Shown here: positions 25,118 through 38,874 of the stretch, one piece after another
Layout of the letters: every line of letters begins with the position of its first letter
How positions within the stretch are numbered: the stretch's first letter is position 1
Source: Somniosus microcephalus
Taxonomy: Eukaryota
Assembly: GCA_052327205.1 (NCBI GenBank)
Contig: CM126215.1
Span: 107,694,001 to 107,758,000, forward strand
Direction: 5' to 3'
Length of the DNA stretch: 64,000 nt
Notes under the pieces: model-generated
Seen by the model: the letters and a program-made list of their open reading frames with translations, nothing else
What the model was told of the DNA's origin: nothing
The model's database searches: none
Translations under genes and position numbers: made by a program

Positions 25118-28100
25118 GAAGTGGTAACAGGGCACATAGAAAATCATAATATGTTTAGGCAGAGACAGCATGGTTTTATGAAAGGGAAATCAAGTTTGAC
25201 AAATTTATTAGAGTTTTTTCTGAATGTAATTAGCATGGTAGATAAAGGGGAACCAGTAGATGTATTATATTTGGATTTCCAAAAGGCATTCGATAAGGTG
25301 CCACGTAAAAGGTTGTTACGCAAGATAAGGGCACATGGGGTTGGGGGTAATGTATTAGCATGGATAGAGGATTGGTTAACGGACAGAAAACAGATAGTAG
25401 GGATAAGCGCTTCATTTTCCAGTTGGCAGGCTGTAATTAGTGGGGTGCCGCAAGGATCAGTGCTTGGGCCTCAGCTATTTACAATCTATGTTAATGGCTT
25501 AGATGAAGGGACCAAGTGCAATGTATCCAAGTTTGCTGACGATACAAAGCTAGGTGGGAAGGTAAGCTGTGAGGAGGATACAAAGAGCCTACAAAGGAAT
25601 ATAGACAGGTTAAGTGAGTGGGCAATAAAGTGGCAGATGGAGTATAATGTGGGGAAATCTGAGGTTATTCATTTTGGTAGGAAGAATAGGAAAACAGAAT
25701 ATTTTTTAAATGGTGAGAAACTATTAAATGTTGGTGTTCAGAGAGATTTGGGTGTCCTTATACAGGAAACATAGAGTTAGGCATGCAGGTACAGCAGGCA
25801 ATTAGGAAGGCAAATGGCATGTTGGCGTTTATTGCAAGGGGGTTGGAGTACAAGAGTAAGGAAGTCTCGCTACAATTGTACAGGGCTTTGGTGAGGCCAC
25901 ACCTGGAGTACTGTGCAGAGCTTTGGTCTCCTTATCTGAGGAAGGATATACTTGCCTTAGAGGCGGTGCAACTAAGGTTCACTAGATTGATTCCTGGGAT
26001 GAAAGGGTTGTCCTATGAGGAGAGATTGAGAAGATTGGGCCTATACTCTCTGGAGTTTAGAAGAATGAGAGGTGATCTCATTGAAACATACAAGGTTCTG
26101 AGCAGGATTGACAGGGTAGATGCTGAGAGGTTGGCCGCGATTTCCCCTACCTTGGTGTGTCCGGGGCGGGCAACATCAGTGGCGGATCCTGACCCCGCTG
26201 CTGGCTCCAGCCCGCTTTGTAGAATGATTTTACGTTGATTGGGCTTGTTAAGCCTGCCCAGCGCATTTGCCAACAAATTGAAGGAAGCGGGTCTGGTGGC
26301 GTCATTTGATGATGCGTCATCAGCCGGTTTCCTTAACGGACCATGCGCAAATTTATTTTGACTGTTGTGCTGTCAGTGTTCTACAGCATTGAAGTACTGC
26401 AAACACTGACAATCACTCCTTGTGGAGGGTGTTACAGCACACAGGGAGGTTCTCTTCCCTTTCAATGGGGGGGAAGAGACCTCCCCAGGAGACCAACGCA
26501 GCCTGGTTGCACATTGCACAGGAGGACACAAGCAGGGATGTGGTCAGGAGGACCAGGCTGCAGAGGCGCAAACCTTTTAATGATCTCGGTAGATCACAAA
26601 ACGTTACTGCAAAGCCACACTCAACCTCATCCTGCTGTGCCTCTCATCACATCCCCATCACTCTGCCTTCCCTACCCTACTCCTGCACATCCTTGCTCAC
26701 ACCAACTTACCTTGCCCCTCCACCCATCCCTCTCTATCTACATTATCACTTCCCCATCTCACTAGCCACCTCTCGCACTCATCCTCATCCTAGTCCAATC
26801 ATACCAACTAACAACACACAAGGGTCGGCACTTGGGTGTTTTAGCCAATGTTCATGTAAAGTTTCTATTAATGTGGTGTTGAACATTGAAACCTTTATTC
26901 TCAACACTTTGCGTTCTTGGACAGATCTGTGTGCACCTTTGGAAGTGGCTTAGTGAATTGCAGTGAATGGTGAGACATAATGTTACCCCCCACAATGGTG
27001 ATGAGTGTGAAAGGAATGGCTTGGGATTTGTGGGGATGTTTTATGATGTTGGTGTGGGGTGGTGCCAACCTGGTGCATTATGTGGCAGCCAAGGTGTACA
27101 ACATCGAGTGAAGTAAATCTGGCCATGGTGAGGCCATCCCTGGTGTCCTGGCAGCAATGTGGTTGGGTGCTGATGCCCTCTGTCCTGTGCAGCTTCAGGT
27201 GATTGTGGAGAAGGTTGGTGTTGATGTTGGTGCTGCTGGTGTGCCTGGTGCTGCTGGTGTTGGGGCTGATCATGGTGGGATTCTGAGGACCAAGGTGAGA
27301 TAGTTTCAAGGGCACCAATGCTGATGGAATGGATGGCAAGTGAGATTGAGATGACAGAAGCGATCTGTCAGTGGTGAGAGGGGTTGTTCCAATGAGGTGA
27401 CACTGGATAGAGAGTTTGCTCCAAACACTTGCAACCTGCATAGAACTCAACCTGTCTTCCAAATGTAGTAAGCAACAGCTTCTGAGCTTGGAAAATGAAT
27501 AGCTGTGAGATGGGAGCTTTTATAGCACATTTTCAGCTGTCAAAAATTCCGATCCCTACGGGTGAGTACGCGCTGTGTACTCACCCGTCGGGACATTGGA
27601 AATGCCGGTTTCAGGCATGCACTGCGCATGCGCTGGAAACCGGCATTTCTGATCTGTCAAGAAAGCTCTTGACAGATCCTCCGGCTGCCCTGGAGCAGGG
27701 CCTCTGCGGGTGGAGAGTTCTGTTTTTTGGAGACCCTCCGCCCGCAGAAAACATTTACAATTTTTGTGCCTGGTAAAAGCAGGCGCAAGGCCTGCTTTTA
27801 CCAGGATAAGAGTTGAAAAAAGTTTTTTAAAAAATTCCTTTGATTTATCATTTAAAAATACTTTAAAGAAAGGTAAGTTTATTTTTAGCCCTGTTAAAAA
27901 CTTTAATTACTTTTTTCAAAAGTTTAAATTTTTGTTTAAAATAGTTAATTTATGTAATTTCAAGTCATTTTAAAAATGTGATGCTTTTTAAAAATTTATT
28001 TGAAGTTTTACTATCTTTTGGGGTGATCTCTATTCATATATTTGACAGGTCTTCCTGTCAAATCTATGAACGGAGATTCCCTTTTCTGATTGGTTCCCCA

Positions 28101-28852
28101 TGGCCCTCCTGATCCCAGGGACGCTGTGAGCTGCCTGCACCTCTGGGATACGTGGGCCCTGCGCACTGGCAGTTTGGAGAGGCCCAGGTAAGGAACTCTG
28201 CGCCACCCGGGAGCCCTCCGGTCCAAGCGCAGATTTTTCCAAATCGCAGCCCTCCACCTGCAGGTGGCCTGCGAACAGAATTTCTGGGCCATTATTCCAT
28301 GGTCATACAACTCCTGACCTTCTTACCTGACATGATTCCCAAGCAGCGTGGACCTCGTGGGTGACCTCGTAAAATGGTCAAGTGAGCTCAAGATACTTTT
28401 TAAAGGGCTGTTAACAAGGTCATTGTTAACTGAATTGCCTTCCCCACCGCTGCGTGCCGGGTCTGTCCCAACCCGCTGTCAAAATTTTTTTTTCCCCACC
28501 CGACCCGCCACCGAACACGTCCGCTGACCCACCGAAAAATTCCCCCCGTTGTTTCCCCTGGCTGGAGAGTGTAGAACTAGGGGGCACAGTCTCAAGATAA
28601 GGGGCCGGCCTTTTAAGACTGAGATGAGGAGGAATTTCTTCACTCAGAGGGTTGTGAATCTTTGAAAATCTCTGCCCCAAAGGGTTGTGCATGCTCAGGC
28701 ATTGAGTATATTCAAGGTTGAGATAGATAGATTTGGGGATAGGGCAATAAAGTGGAGTACAGGTCACAGATCAGCCATAGTCTTATTGAATGGCGGAGCA
28801 GGCTCGAGGGGCTGTATGGCCTACTCCTGCTCCTAATTTTTATGCTCTTATG
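25118..28852 (+). mobile_element. 5'-truncated CR1 LINE (RT to 3' end) split by a Harbinger derivative
   Basis: ORFs 25121..25774 and 25783..26132 (FADD); sequence resumes at 28548 with GTTGTTTCCCCTGGCTGG and runs to the CR1 3' module. Confidence 0.9.
26133..28547. mobile_element. Non-autonomous/degraded Harbinger element (2.4 kb)
   Basis: TSD GTT (26130-26132, 28548-28550); degenerate termini GGCCGCGATTT / AAATTCCCCCC; Myb remnant near 26400-26600 (WLHIAQE...RRT.LQ.RK.FNDL). Confidence 0.75.
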
Positions 28853-29303
28853 TCTGGAGGTAGACAAGGACGATGAACTTCTTTGCAGCTCCTACAGAGA
28901 TGGATGGCTTCTTTTTGGAGGTGAGGGTCGCCCTACAATAAAACAGAAGTGCCAGAACAGCATGAATAGAGGTGACAGAGATAATGGAATGTCTTACCTG
29001 TGGCCTAAACCTGGGAGCAGGTAAGGAACAAATTTGCTGGGCTACACACTTTGCAAGTGTGCTGACTTGTTATCGGACTTTACAATGTTGGCTTACAATG
29101 CATCTTAGCTGCACTTCACTCTTGTCGCAACATCACAGAAATAATTCATTTGGCAAGTGTTCTTGCACTTTCTAAATGCACAGGCATGCTTATGTTGTAC
29201 CAGGGCACTGTGTAATGTTGCTATATGAGTATGTCTATCCCTGTGGCCCATCAAATATGGCAAGCACTAAGTAGACTGCCACCCCGAGATACTTGAAAGT
29301 TAC

Positions 29304-30132
29304 AGGCTGGATTTTCCAAGCCCTGAGGAGGCGGGCATGAAGGCGGGACAGCTGGTAAATTTGGAGAAAGTGGGGGCGGATGGCAAACCTGCCCCCGTCC
29401 CGCCTCCATGCCCTTTTACCAGGAGGTGGGAAGATGTGCTGCTTCGGGTCCCATCTCCTGAAGGCGGGAAAGGCATTTAATCCTTTTAACTGCCTGTTAA
29501 CAGGTAGTTAACAGGCAGAAAAAAGGATTAGTTCCATTTTACCTTCACAGGTGGAGAACCCCGCCGGGTTGGAGGAGACGTGAAGGAGGTCTGCGGTGGT
29601 CGGAGGCACCTGGAAGTAAGATGTAGAGGTGAGTGATGGGTGCAAGAGTGGAGTGGTATGTATGCAAGGTGAGTGATAAGTTTAAAAAGATGTTCACTTA
29701 TCTTGTTTTCTTCCTACAGCCATCAGCCGCGTTGGATCAGGAGAGCCGACATCCTCCTTGTCGATTTCACAGACTGGCTGTTGGATCCTCCGAACCAACA
29801 GCCATGTAAAATCAACAAAGTTGAAAGGTTTGATGAGTCCTGAACACAAGGACACATCAAACTACAGAGAATGTCAGTGTTTGACAGCTTCACAGAGCTG
29901 TCAAACGCTGACATTTCTTCTTTCAAGAAGTCTTGTCAGATGGCAAGTCTAACGTTGACGTGCTCTGATAGTGACTTCCTCCCTAATTGGCCTGCTGAGC
30001 CCACAGGGCAGGCTTAACAAGGTCAATCAGGGGAAAATCCCTCTGGTTGGTCAGGCGAGGATGGAGGCGGGACAGTGACACGACAAGCAGCAGTCCCGCC
30101 TCCAACTCGCCTCCATTCACAAAGTCCAGCCC
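29304..30132. mobile_element. Harbinger-type MITE (829 bp)
   Basis: Termini AGGCTGGATTTT / AAAGTCCAGCCC; TSD TAC (29301-29303, 30133-30135); subterminal GGCGGG repeats. Confidence 0.75.
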
Positions 30133-30186
30133 TACATGTTCACACAAAGTTGATAGATGGCCTGGGCACTTGGGTGACAGACATTA

Positions 30187-30895
30187 GGGGAAAAATTCAG
30201 TATTGACCATTTTGGGGTGCTAACATCACCTGGGCGCTAACTTTAGCGCCCGGTACTAATTAGCGCCGGTGACCACAAAATTGAGTTTTAGCGCCCCAAG
30301 AGGGTAGTGGGACGCTAAATCAAGTGCTCCACTTCCTTCTTAGGGAACTAATGTCAGAGAGCGGGGCAGAGGCTTCAGCAGCGCTGCACACTGGGCCGTG
30401 CAGCGCTGCCGCATTCAAAGGCTCCTTCCCTCCCTTAAAGGGAAGGGCCATCGCTGCAGGCTTTGCAATTTAAAAAGTACCTACCTGGACCACCAAGGCA
30501 GCCGCGATCCCGCGTGATCAGCCCGGCACTCAAGCAGAGCGTTGGGCTGATCGATCACGGGCAGGAACCCGCGAAAAAATCTGGAACAAGAAAGGTAAGT
30601 TTTATTTTACTTACCTCGGCCACCTCACCTTTAATAATCGCCCCCGAAGCGGCCGGCCGCCCGATGCTCGCCTCCTGCAGCTGTCGGTGTTTTCGCCCGA
30701 CGCTGCCGCAGGGGGCGGGAGCCAATTTTGGGTCCAGGGCGCTACCGGGGCGATGCGCACGGCGATGATGTCACGATCTCCGGGCGAAGGAGATCGGGGC
30801 GCAACGCCATAGTGCCGCCGCAAAACTCCCACCGAATATGGCAGGGGTCAATATCCACGCCGCACCCGATCGCAAAGGCACGCAATTACTCCCCC
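30187..30895. mobile_element. Harbinger MITE (~710 bp)
   Basis: Termini GGGGAAAAATTCAG / AATTACTCCCCC; left arm homologous to the Harbinger #1 left end; TTA flanks (imperfect on the right). Confidence 0.75.
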
Positions 30896-31474
30896 GTTAT
30901 CTCTCTCAGTCCTTTTTCCAGCATAGGTTCTGTTTATATTTGCTTGTGGAAGAAATTTGCATATAATAAAATTTAGAACGTGCGGAGAGGAAGGGGAGTC
31001 ACCGTAAGCCATGACTTTGACTCCTTGTAAAGATGCAATGAAGATTCTGGGTATGAAGACAATAATAAAGTGGCTTGGGGGGCGGGGGAGGTAGCTGAGT
31101 TTGGAGGTCCTCCCAAGCTAAGGGCCAGTATCCTATGCTTTTCATTCCTTACATCGTTATTCACTCACTTATTCACTGTCTGACATACAGGCAAACATTG
31201 CAACATTGGTGTCTATTTTTTAATCTGTTCTCGGCATGTGGGCAACGCTAACATTTATTGTCTATCCTTAGTTGCCCTGAAATGGTGGTATAGTTACCAT
31301 CACAAATACCATGACTGGGGCTCTTGAGCCTTACCACTCTTTTGTTTTATCTCATGTGTGTTCATACTTCAGCAGGGCACACATTCAAGCTGCAACTTAC
31401 ATTTGAAGGCTGCAGTACAATGGTATCTTCCAAGGGCTTCATCATTGTAGAACAACCTAGCCACATGATACATA

Positions 31475-32372
31475 GGGGGAGAAATTCAGTATCGCCCCGT
31501 TTGGGGCACAATTACCGGCCGGGCGCAAAGTTTAGCGCCTGGCGCTAATTATCGCCTCCGACTGCAAACTTGGCTTCTATCGCCCCTGGAGGTGATTGGA
31601 GCACTAAATCAGGCGCTACACACCTCTCTTAAGGTGCTAACGCCAATGAGCGAGGCGCTACCTCAGAGCGCTGGCGAAGCTCATGTGATGTCGGTCAGCA
31701 ATGGACCACAGACACACTGGCGCCAGCCAATTCTTAAAGGGGAGGGTCGATCTTGCTCATCATTCACACCCTGCTCATTTCAGCCTTGAATCTCGGCATA
31801 GAGAGACCTCTACATCAATTCTGCTGGAAAGAACAGTGGAGAGGCCCAGGGAAAGAGCTCAGAGTGCAGCCCCCATAGTCTCTTCTAAATCGATGCAAGG
31901 AAGGTCAAATCAAAATGAACCTGCCAAGTGCTGCTCAGTACCCAAAACTCCTTCACACAGTGTTGAATCTCTCCAGAAGTCTCTCTCTCTCTCTCGCTCA
32001 GAATGCGTGGTGTAAAAATGTCGCCGACAAAAAAAGGCAGGAAGCGGTCGCCTTTAAATAGTACTCCCCCAGTCCCTACCCGACTGCAAAACGCTCCCCT
32101 CAACCTGTCGTTGCTAGCGGCAGGCGGAAAGGCAGGGGGCGCCATTCAATATCCGGTCCTGAACGCTACCGGGGCGTTGCACGCTCGACTGACGTCATGA
32201 TCTGCGGGCGCAGGAGATCGTGGCGGTAGTGTTTAGCACCGCCACAAAATGTCTAGTCAATTCCGTGAGCAGCGCAAACATCGCCGCGCCCGGGCGCTAG
32301 TTACTTTGCACCCCATTAGTGCCCTCTTCTGCTGGAAAGAACAATGGCGCAAAGCAACCAAATTTTTCCCCC
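31475..32372. mobile_element. Harbinger internal-deletion derivative (898 bp)
   Basis: TIRs GGGGGAGAAATT / AATTTTTCCCCC; TSD ATA; near-identical to 60322-61205; both arms align to the ends of Harbinger #1. Confidence 0.9.
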
Positions 32373-32793
32373 ATAGTCACTTACTAACACCAGCATGGAC
32401 AGACGTTTGGGCACATATCCATGATCTTCTGTGTGCTCCTTCAACTTATAATATCTTGTCCGGATTCACTATTTTGGGGAACCAGATCAAGACAGTCATG
32501 ATGTAGGTCTTCAACAATTTCATTGCTGCCCAGCCTAGACCTTTAGCAATACTGAGGGAATGCCCAGCAGCAGGGGAGTGGCAATAGTTGGCATAGATGA
32601 TTACGCTATATCTCAAGACAATATCACATCTGTAACATCCAACAACCAAGGTGAGATGACTAGCAATATGTAACATAACATTCAGACCCATGCAACCATC
32701 ACATCAATACCCATGGCACTTGTAAATACAAGGCCACTTTTTGATCCAGCAAAACAAGGTACTGCCACCTCCACCCCTAGTGGCAGACAGCTA

Positions 32794-33127
32794 CAGGAAA
32801 CTCTCGATTTACCGGCACCTAAATAACCAGAAATCTCTGTTAACCGGCAAAATTCAGGAGTAGGTTCAGGTAAGTTTTACTTCATATTAGTGGCTGTTCC
32901 TGGATCTGTGGCCGTGTAACTGGGGTTCCTGCACCTGTTGCTATGCAACAGAGACGCTTGGTCTGTGGCCGGGGTTCCTGCACCTGTTGCTATGCAACAG
33001 GGATGCCTGGATCTGTGGCCGTGTACGGGGTTCTCGTACCTTTTACTATACCTCTCTGTAAACCGGACTTTTTGATAAACCGGCACCACGCCGGTGCCGT
33101 CGGTGCCGGATAAAAAAGAATTTCCTG
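32794..33127. mobile_element. Tc1/mariner (Tigger/pogo-type) MITE, 334 bp
   Basis: TA|CAGGAAACTCTCGATTTACCGGCACC ... GGTGCCGGATAAAAAAGAATTTCCTG|TA: imperfect ~26-bp TIRs, TA TSD, internal duplicated GGGGTTCCTGCACCTGTTGCTATGCAACAG. Confidence 0.75.
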
Positions 33128-33524
33128 TACTTCACTTCCTCCTCTCACTGGCTAGGCAGTTAGATGAAGCAGAATGACATGAATCAACTGAGCGGCCTGC
33201 GGGTGGCGCTGTCCAGGGAGAGTATAAATACTCGGGCATGGGCCCAGCTTGCGCAGGACATTCTTAACAGGAACTAGTGAAGGACACAACTAGACCTCCA
33301 TGTTGTAAAACAGTTGATTAAAGCTTTGTTTAACGCTTCGACCAAGTGCCTAGAAGTTTTCTTACATCACAGATGATTAGGAAATAAAAGACACACACCA
33401 TACACTTTCACTAAGTGGTAGGATCTGGGCAACGTACACAGAACACAGCTGAATTACATGCCGTAAAGGTTAAAAAAAGTTGTGATTACTGATACTAGGA
33501 TGTGTCACAGACTACTGACACTGA

Positions 33525-33665
33525 GGAACATAGGAACAGGAGTCGGCCATTCAGGTCCTCAAGCCTGTTTCACCATTCAATTAGATCATGGCTGATCTGT
33601 ATCTTAACTCCATCTACTCGCTTTGGTTTCGTAACCTTTAACACCCTTGCCGAACAAAAATCTAT
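33525..33665 (-). mobile_element. CR1 3' end fragment
   Basis: Reverse complement of the CR1 3' module (GAACATAGGAACAGGAG..GGCCATTC...AGATCATGGCTGATCTG). Confidence 0.8.
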
Positions 33666-36461
33666 GGCTCAGAGATTGGACTAGGACACGAAATTGCCGG
33701 TGTCGCTGCGGCCTCGGGTTAACAGCCGCTGAAAATGGTCACGCCGATAAGAGAGAAAAATTCGCGCTGGGGACGCAAGATTTTTAGCCCAGCGCTAAAC
33801 TCACCATTTAGCGCCCTGCTGGTGGCATCAGTGACAAATGTGGCATCCAGAAGCGGCGCTGCATCTTCCAACAGCCTCTGGAAGCGAGGCTAGGCATTCA
33901 CTAGGCATTGTGGGATATTAAAAGGGCAATGCATTGTCGTTTGCTTAAAAGGGCAATGCCTTCTGAATTGATAAAAAATAAAAATGCAGTAAAAGAAATG
34001 CAGTTTTCAGCCATTACAGTTCTAATGCCTATTAAAAGAAAAAAAATTAACATTTGAAAAAGCACTCCCAAATGGGAGTCTTCAGCTATTAAAGCTGATT
34101 TCCCTTCTGCACCTCAAAAAAATGGGAAAAGTGCTTCAGCACCAACACAAATGGCTTAGCAAGCCAGGGAAGGGGCCTCCAGGATCTCGCTCGCAGCACT
34201 CCAGCTTTGTACAGGGGGTCAACACTGCAAGAAGGGCAAGGAGGCCTTCCAGAAAGAATGATGTGGGACCACATCACCGAGGCCCTCACTGCCAGCAGTG
34301 TCACCCCCACCACCTGGCTCCAGTGCCCAAAGAAGCTTCATGACCTCAGACCAGTGGTTAAGGTCAATTAACATATCTTCAAAAGCCATCTACTACCAAC
34401 TGCATCACTAGCCTCACACGCTGCTCAATGCACGACTCCTCCCTCCCCCCACAATCACTCATCTACCAACAATCTGTACCAATCACAAGGCACATCTCCC
34501 ATTCCTAGCTTCACCTCACCCCCTTGGAGGAGGCGGTGCAGGCCATTCTTGGCAAGGGCACGGCTGAGCCCTTGGCCAGTGGCGGGGCTGAAAGGATACA
34601 AGATGCTGGTATCCTCGTACGTTATCCTCCTTCTGGCATGCACCTCTTGGTTTCCCACCCTCCCCTCACCACAACTCCACCCTTGTGCCTTCCTCATTTC
34701 ACACACCCAAGAAATGCAGCCTGCCCAGCTAGTGGAGGAGGAGGAAGAGGAAGAGGAAGAGGAGGAAGAACAAGACAAAACACCATCACTCGATTTCACA
34801 CTTCCAGCCACCAGCTCCTCAAGGTTGACCAGCAAGGCCATCTGCAGTGTCCCCCACTGAAAGTCAGCAGCTTTCCACCAGCCATGCTGCAGCCACTAGG
34901 GTAGCACTGTGTGACATCACTAGGATAGGCAAAGGCACACACAAGACAGTCACTAAGGGAATGCATAAGGGCGATGAGTTGACTCTTGGGGGGAGAAATT
35001 GGGTGAGTAGCGCCACCTGTTAGCGTCTAAAGAGGCAGTCAGTGGCTGTAGCGCCACTGGCTGCGCCTCCCGCGATATTCAGCAGGGGCGCTAATGGTGA
35101 CGTAAGCCTTTTGCGCTGCGCCGCCACCGATGACGTCATCGGTGTGCGCAGTGCCCCATTCGCGCCCCGATCGCAATATTTGGTAGCGAACGCCGCTGTA
35201 GCGCCGTTCGCTACCCGCGCCCGGTTCACGGGGCCTTGCTGCGCCAGCAGAGGTGCAAGTTAAGGTGGAGGTGCGGGGCGGCCGCTTTTTTGGCGGCCGC
35301 CTGCCAGCACCTCCGTCCCCGGCCTCCTGGTCCCCCCCCCCCCCCCGCGGCATTGCCGGCTGTTTCCCGAGAGCCCGGCACTTCTCCTTGGTGCTGGGCT
35401 CTTTTGCAGGCACTCGCGATCGGGGCTCGCGCTGCTGCAGGCCCCTCCCCCTTAACAGTGGGAGGAAGGCCTGCAGTACCGCAGCGTGCCGTGCCGCAGT
35501 GTGTGGCGCTGCGGCACGTAGCGCTGCAAAATTCACTTTCAGCGCCCTAAGAGGGATGCGGAGCGCCTCGAGCCGCGCCCCATCTCCCTCTAGGGGCACT
35601 TCAACTGAATTTGCGATGATCGCTAATGCGGCGATCGCGGCACAAATTCCAGCGCCCAGGCGAACTTTGCGCCGCTTGGGCGCCTCAGGCCAATTTCTAG
35701 GCCTTGATGTCATATTGGATGGATAGACGTATAAAGTGGGATTGGAAAGTTTGCTTTGTGGTGGCTTTTATTTCAGCATTGTGGCCAAGAGGACACTATG
35801 ATGGTCAGTAACAGAGGGAAGGTAAGGTGTTGAACAAATGTTGAAAGTGGAATTGGGGTTGTGGTCACTGGTACCACAGGCGGATGATTCCATCCCAGAT
35901 GTCTGGGTTGCATCCTTCCTTCTGCTTCCTCCTCTTCGGCTTCTTCATCTTTGACTTCCTCCTCTTCGGCTTCCTCCTCTTCTGTGTCTTCCTCTTTCCT
36001 CTGCGAGCGGATGCTGTAAATCTGAAATAAAAGCATTCCTTTACCATCCGAGGCCTTGGAAGCATCCAGCAGCATGCCCTGCGCATTAAAAAAAACTTTG
36101 AACATGTATTGCAGCAAGCCATTACTTCAATAAAATCAAAAAAATCCAGTCCAAAAGCTTAAATACAAACTTACCAGAAAGATATATGTGTCCCTTGAAG
36201 AGGTGCTGACAGAGCCTCTGTGAGTCTGCTGAACACTGGGTTTTTCATGACAAGCTTAGGACCCAGTGCCGAACTCAGCACAAAGGCCCAAGTTTGCCGA
36301 GGTGATGGTAAGTCGGTGTTGCACGCAGACTGACATCACTTCTCCCTAATTTAAATTTGCAGGGCCATCGCTCTTACTGCTGGGAAAAGAGCAGCAGCCG
36401 CCGTCTTTTCACTACATTTTGATGGTAACGGGTGGCATAAAGCACCCGAATTTTCAGCCCC
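33666..36461. mobile_element. Degraded Harbinger element with Myb and transposase remnants
   Basis: + strand MWDHITEALTASSVTPTTWLQC.KKLHDL (~34260-34360) and poly-E exon; - strand acidic transposase tail (~35880-36120); right end AATTTTCAGCCCC; left boundary uncertain. Confidence 0.65.
34989..35703. mobile_element. Harbinger MITE (~715 bp), inverted relative of 5050-5749, nested in a degraded Harbinger
   Basis: Termini GGGGGAGAAATTGG / CCAATTTCTAGGCC; TSD TTG (or CTT); body homologous to the 5050 and 15704 MITEs. Confidence 0.85.
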
Positions 36462-36719
36462 ATCTTCTTTAAATCTGAAGCACAATACAATATTTGCAGA
36501 GTAATTGTATACCGATAATGGTGCCAGAGGCTCAAACGAAGTAAGATTGACACAGCAAGGGTATTGGGCACATGTGGAGATGCCTGTTGTTCATTGAAGG
36601 TTTCAAGCACTTCATTAAATATTTGGTCTATTGAAGTATGCCTGATGATTCTTACCCAGTGAGCTGTTAGTTATTTTCTGCCTCACCGTTTGGTTCATCT
36701 CCTGCCAATTTCTAGTCCA

Positions 36720-37030
36720 CTACAGCAACTTGCCAAGGCTTCTTCGGCAGCACCTCCCAAACCCGTGGCCTCTTCCACTTAGAAGGACAAGTGCATGGGA
36801 ACACCACCACCTCCAAGTTCCCCTCCAAGTCACACACCATCCTGACTTAGAAGTATATCGCCGATCCTTCATCATCGCTGGGTTAAAATCCTGGAACTCC
36901 CTACCTAACCGCACTGTGGGAGTACCTTCACCGCATGGACTGCAGCGGTTCAAAAGGCAGCTCACCACCACCTTCTCAAGGGCAATAAATGCTGACCTTG
37001 CCAGGGACACCCACATCCCATAAACGAATA
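36720..37030 (+). mobile_element. LINE 3' end remnant (CR1/L2 group)
   Basis: RSFII.G.KSWNSLP..TV....LQ.FK motif typical of CR1/L2 ORF2 C-termini, followed by an A-rich tail. Confidence 0.65.
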
Positions 37031-38874
37031 AAGAAACCCACAGTGATAAGTACAGAAAGAACAGTTTTAACCTTTCTGTTAGGATGTTCAGAAAACTTTC
37101 AATTTGAAATTGGTCTGTGCAATATTAATAACGCAATGCATTAATGTGCATTAAGGTATGTTCATTACTAGCATCACGTCACAATGTCAACCAAATGCAT
37201 TGAAATTTCACAGTGCAAAACTGCTAATTCAAAGTAATTTTTTGTGCTAAAAATAATTGAATTATCAGATAACTTGAATTAAGCAACTTTAGAGTAAGAG
37301 TAGACTGTATTAGTAACAAACATGTTAAAACATTTGGATGAAGTTCCTTCATCTACTGATTTAACAAAGGAGTAGACACAGTTATTATTGATAGGTTGAC
37401 CTTCACAAATTTTAGACAGAAGAAATCATAGTAACACACTAATGCATTTGTTACTAATATCATGCAAGGAGATTTCAACCTATTTATGTACCAATGCTTT
37501 TTTCGACAAGAAAACCTAACAAAAGGCATCACCTTTGTACTAACCGCATAACTTCGTAAATCCCAGCTATTTGGTTCCTTCTGTATGTTGCTTGTCATCA
37601 GAGTGGAATTGAGTACACAAGCAATATTGCTAAATCTGCAGTCGAGTGGGAAATCTTTCATCATTCCTTTTTAAAATGAGTCGTGATTAAGCAATGACAA
37701 CAGTTGTCCCCATTGTGATAAAGATGTTTTCTTCCAAAGAAAGCTGCCAAGCAAAAATGTAGCACAATCACCCCGGCTTGAATATAGCGCTTCCTGTTAG
37801 ACTATACAATGGAAATGGAGGACTAGGTGGCTCAGTCCTGGCTGCTTGGCAAGCACTTGAAGGACAGCTTTTGTACAGTAAGATTAGTTTAAATGGCCCT
37901 ATGAATTAGAACTAAATAAACCGCAGGAGCTGATTAAATAGTCTTAAGTGAAGCATACGCATTAGAAAGGTGTTGTAACATGTTCTCAATTCATAATTGA
38001 GAGCATTTTCTTTTCTCATTTGCAACGCAGATGTGTGCAGAAAGTCAGCCAAACTTATAAGGGATAAGGGGAGCTTGAAGGTTTTGCTCTGAGAATGTAA
38101 CAATCTCCAGTAAGTTCTGATCTCAGTGTTGCTCAGACTGTATGAATGAAGTGCTGAATGGGTGATGACAGATTTATGAAGACACTGTTCAATGGTGGTG
38201 GTACAGTCTATTGTCATTGTCTCCAAGAAAGGGTGGAGATTGTTTTTGCAAAGTCTGAAATGTCCTATCTTCCCATTTTGCACTGGAAACTCACTTTCAG
38301 GGTACAGCCTTTAGAAATACAAGATTAGGCCCTTAGAAAAGCAGTATTCTCTCATTTATCAGATGTTTCTACTTTTTTTTGTCCTATTATACATAAAGAG
38401 GAGTTTAACTCGGGAGGCGTGTGGAAGGGATTGGGGAACCCATTGCCTTACATCTACCATATGCATAGTTAGTCGTGCTGATACTTTTCTGTTCCCTGTC
38501 ATGAGAGAGAAGTTACACAGGAAATAGTGATTAGGTGACGCTAAGCTTGGGCTGTGATTTATGCTGTAGGAAGACCTTCACGTTCCAGCCATTTCTTTAA
38601 ATGAATTATTCTTTCTAAATGATGAGACATTAGAAAAATCCATTAAAAGTGTATAACTCCATCAAAGGGAACTAAAGTGGGAAATGGCATTTTTATGACA
38701 TTAACCTCAGTACCTTTTTCCACATACATTTCCCCTTAATCTGAGTTTTACTCTTGTAATGCATTTTCCCAATGACTCAGCATTCAGAGAGAATAGGATC
38801 ATCTCTACCATTGTCTGTCAACCCACACAAGTTGGCATTTCAACTGATCTGACACCAAACACCTTCTTTGAATT

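Noticed and set aside
32765-32786. CTCF-like motif (TGCCACTAGGGGTGG on the minus strand)
   Set aside because: A single imperfect match; not supportable without ChIP or conservation data.
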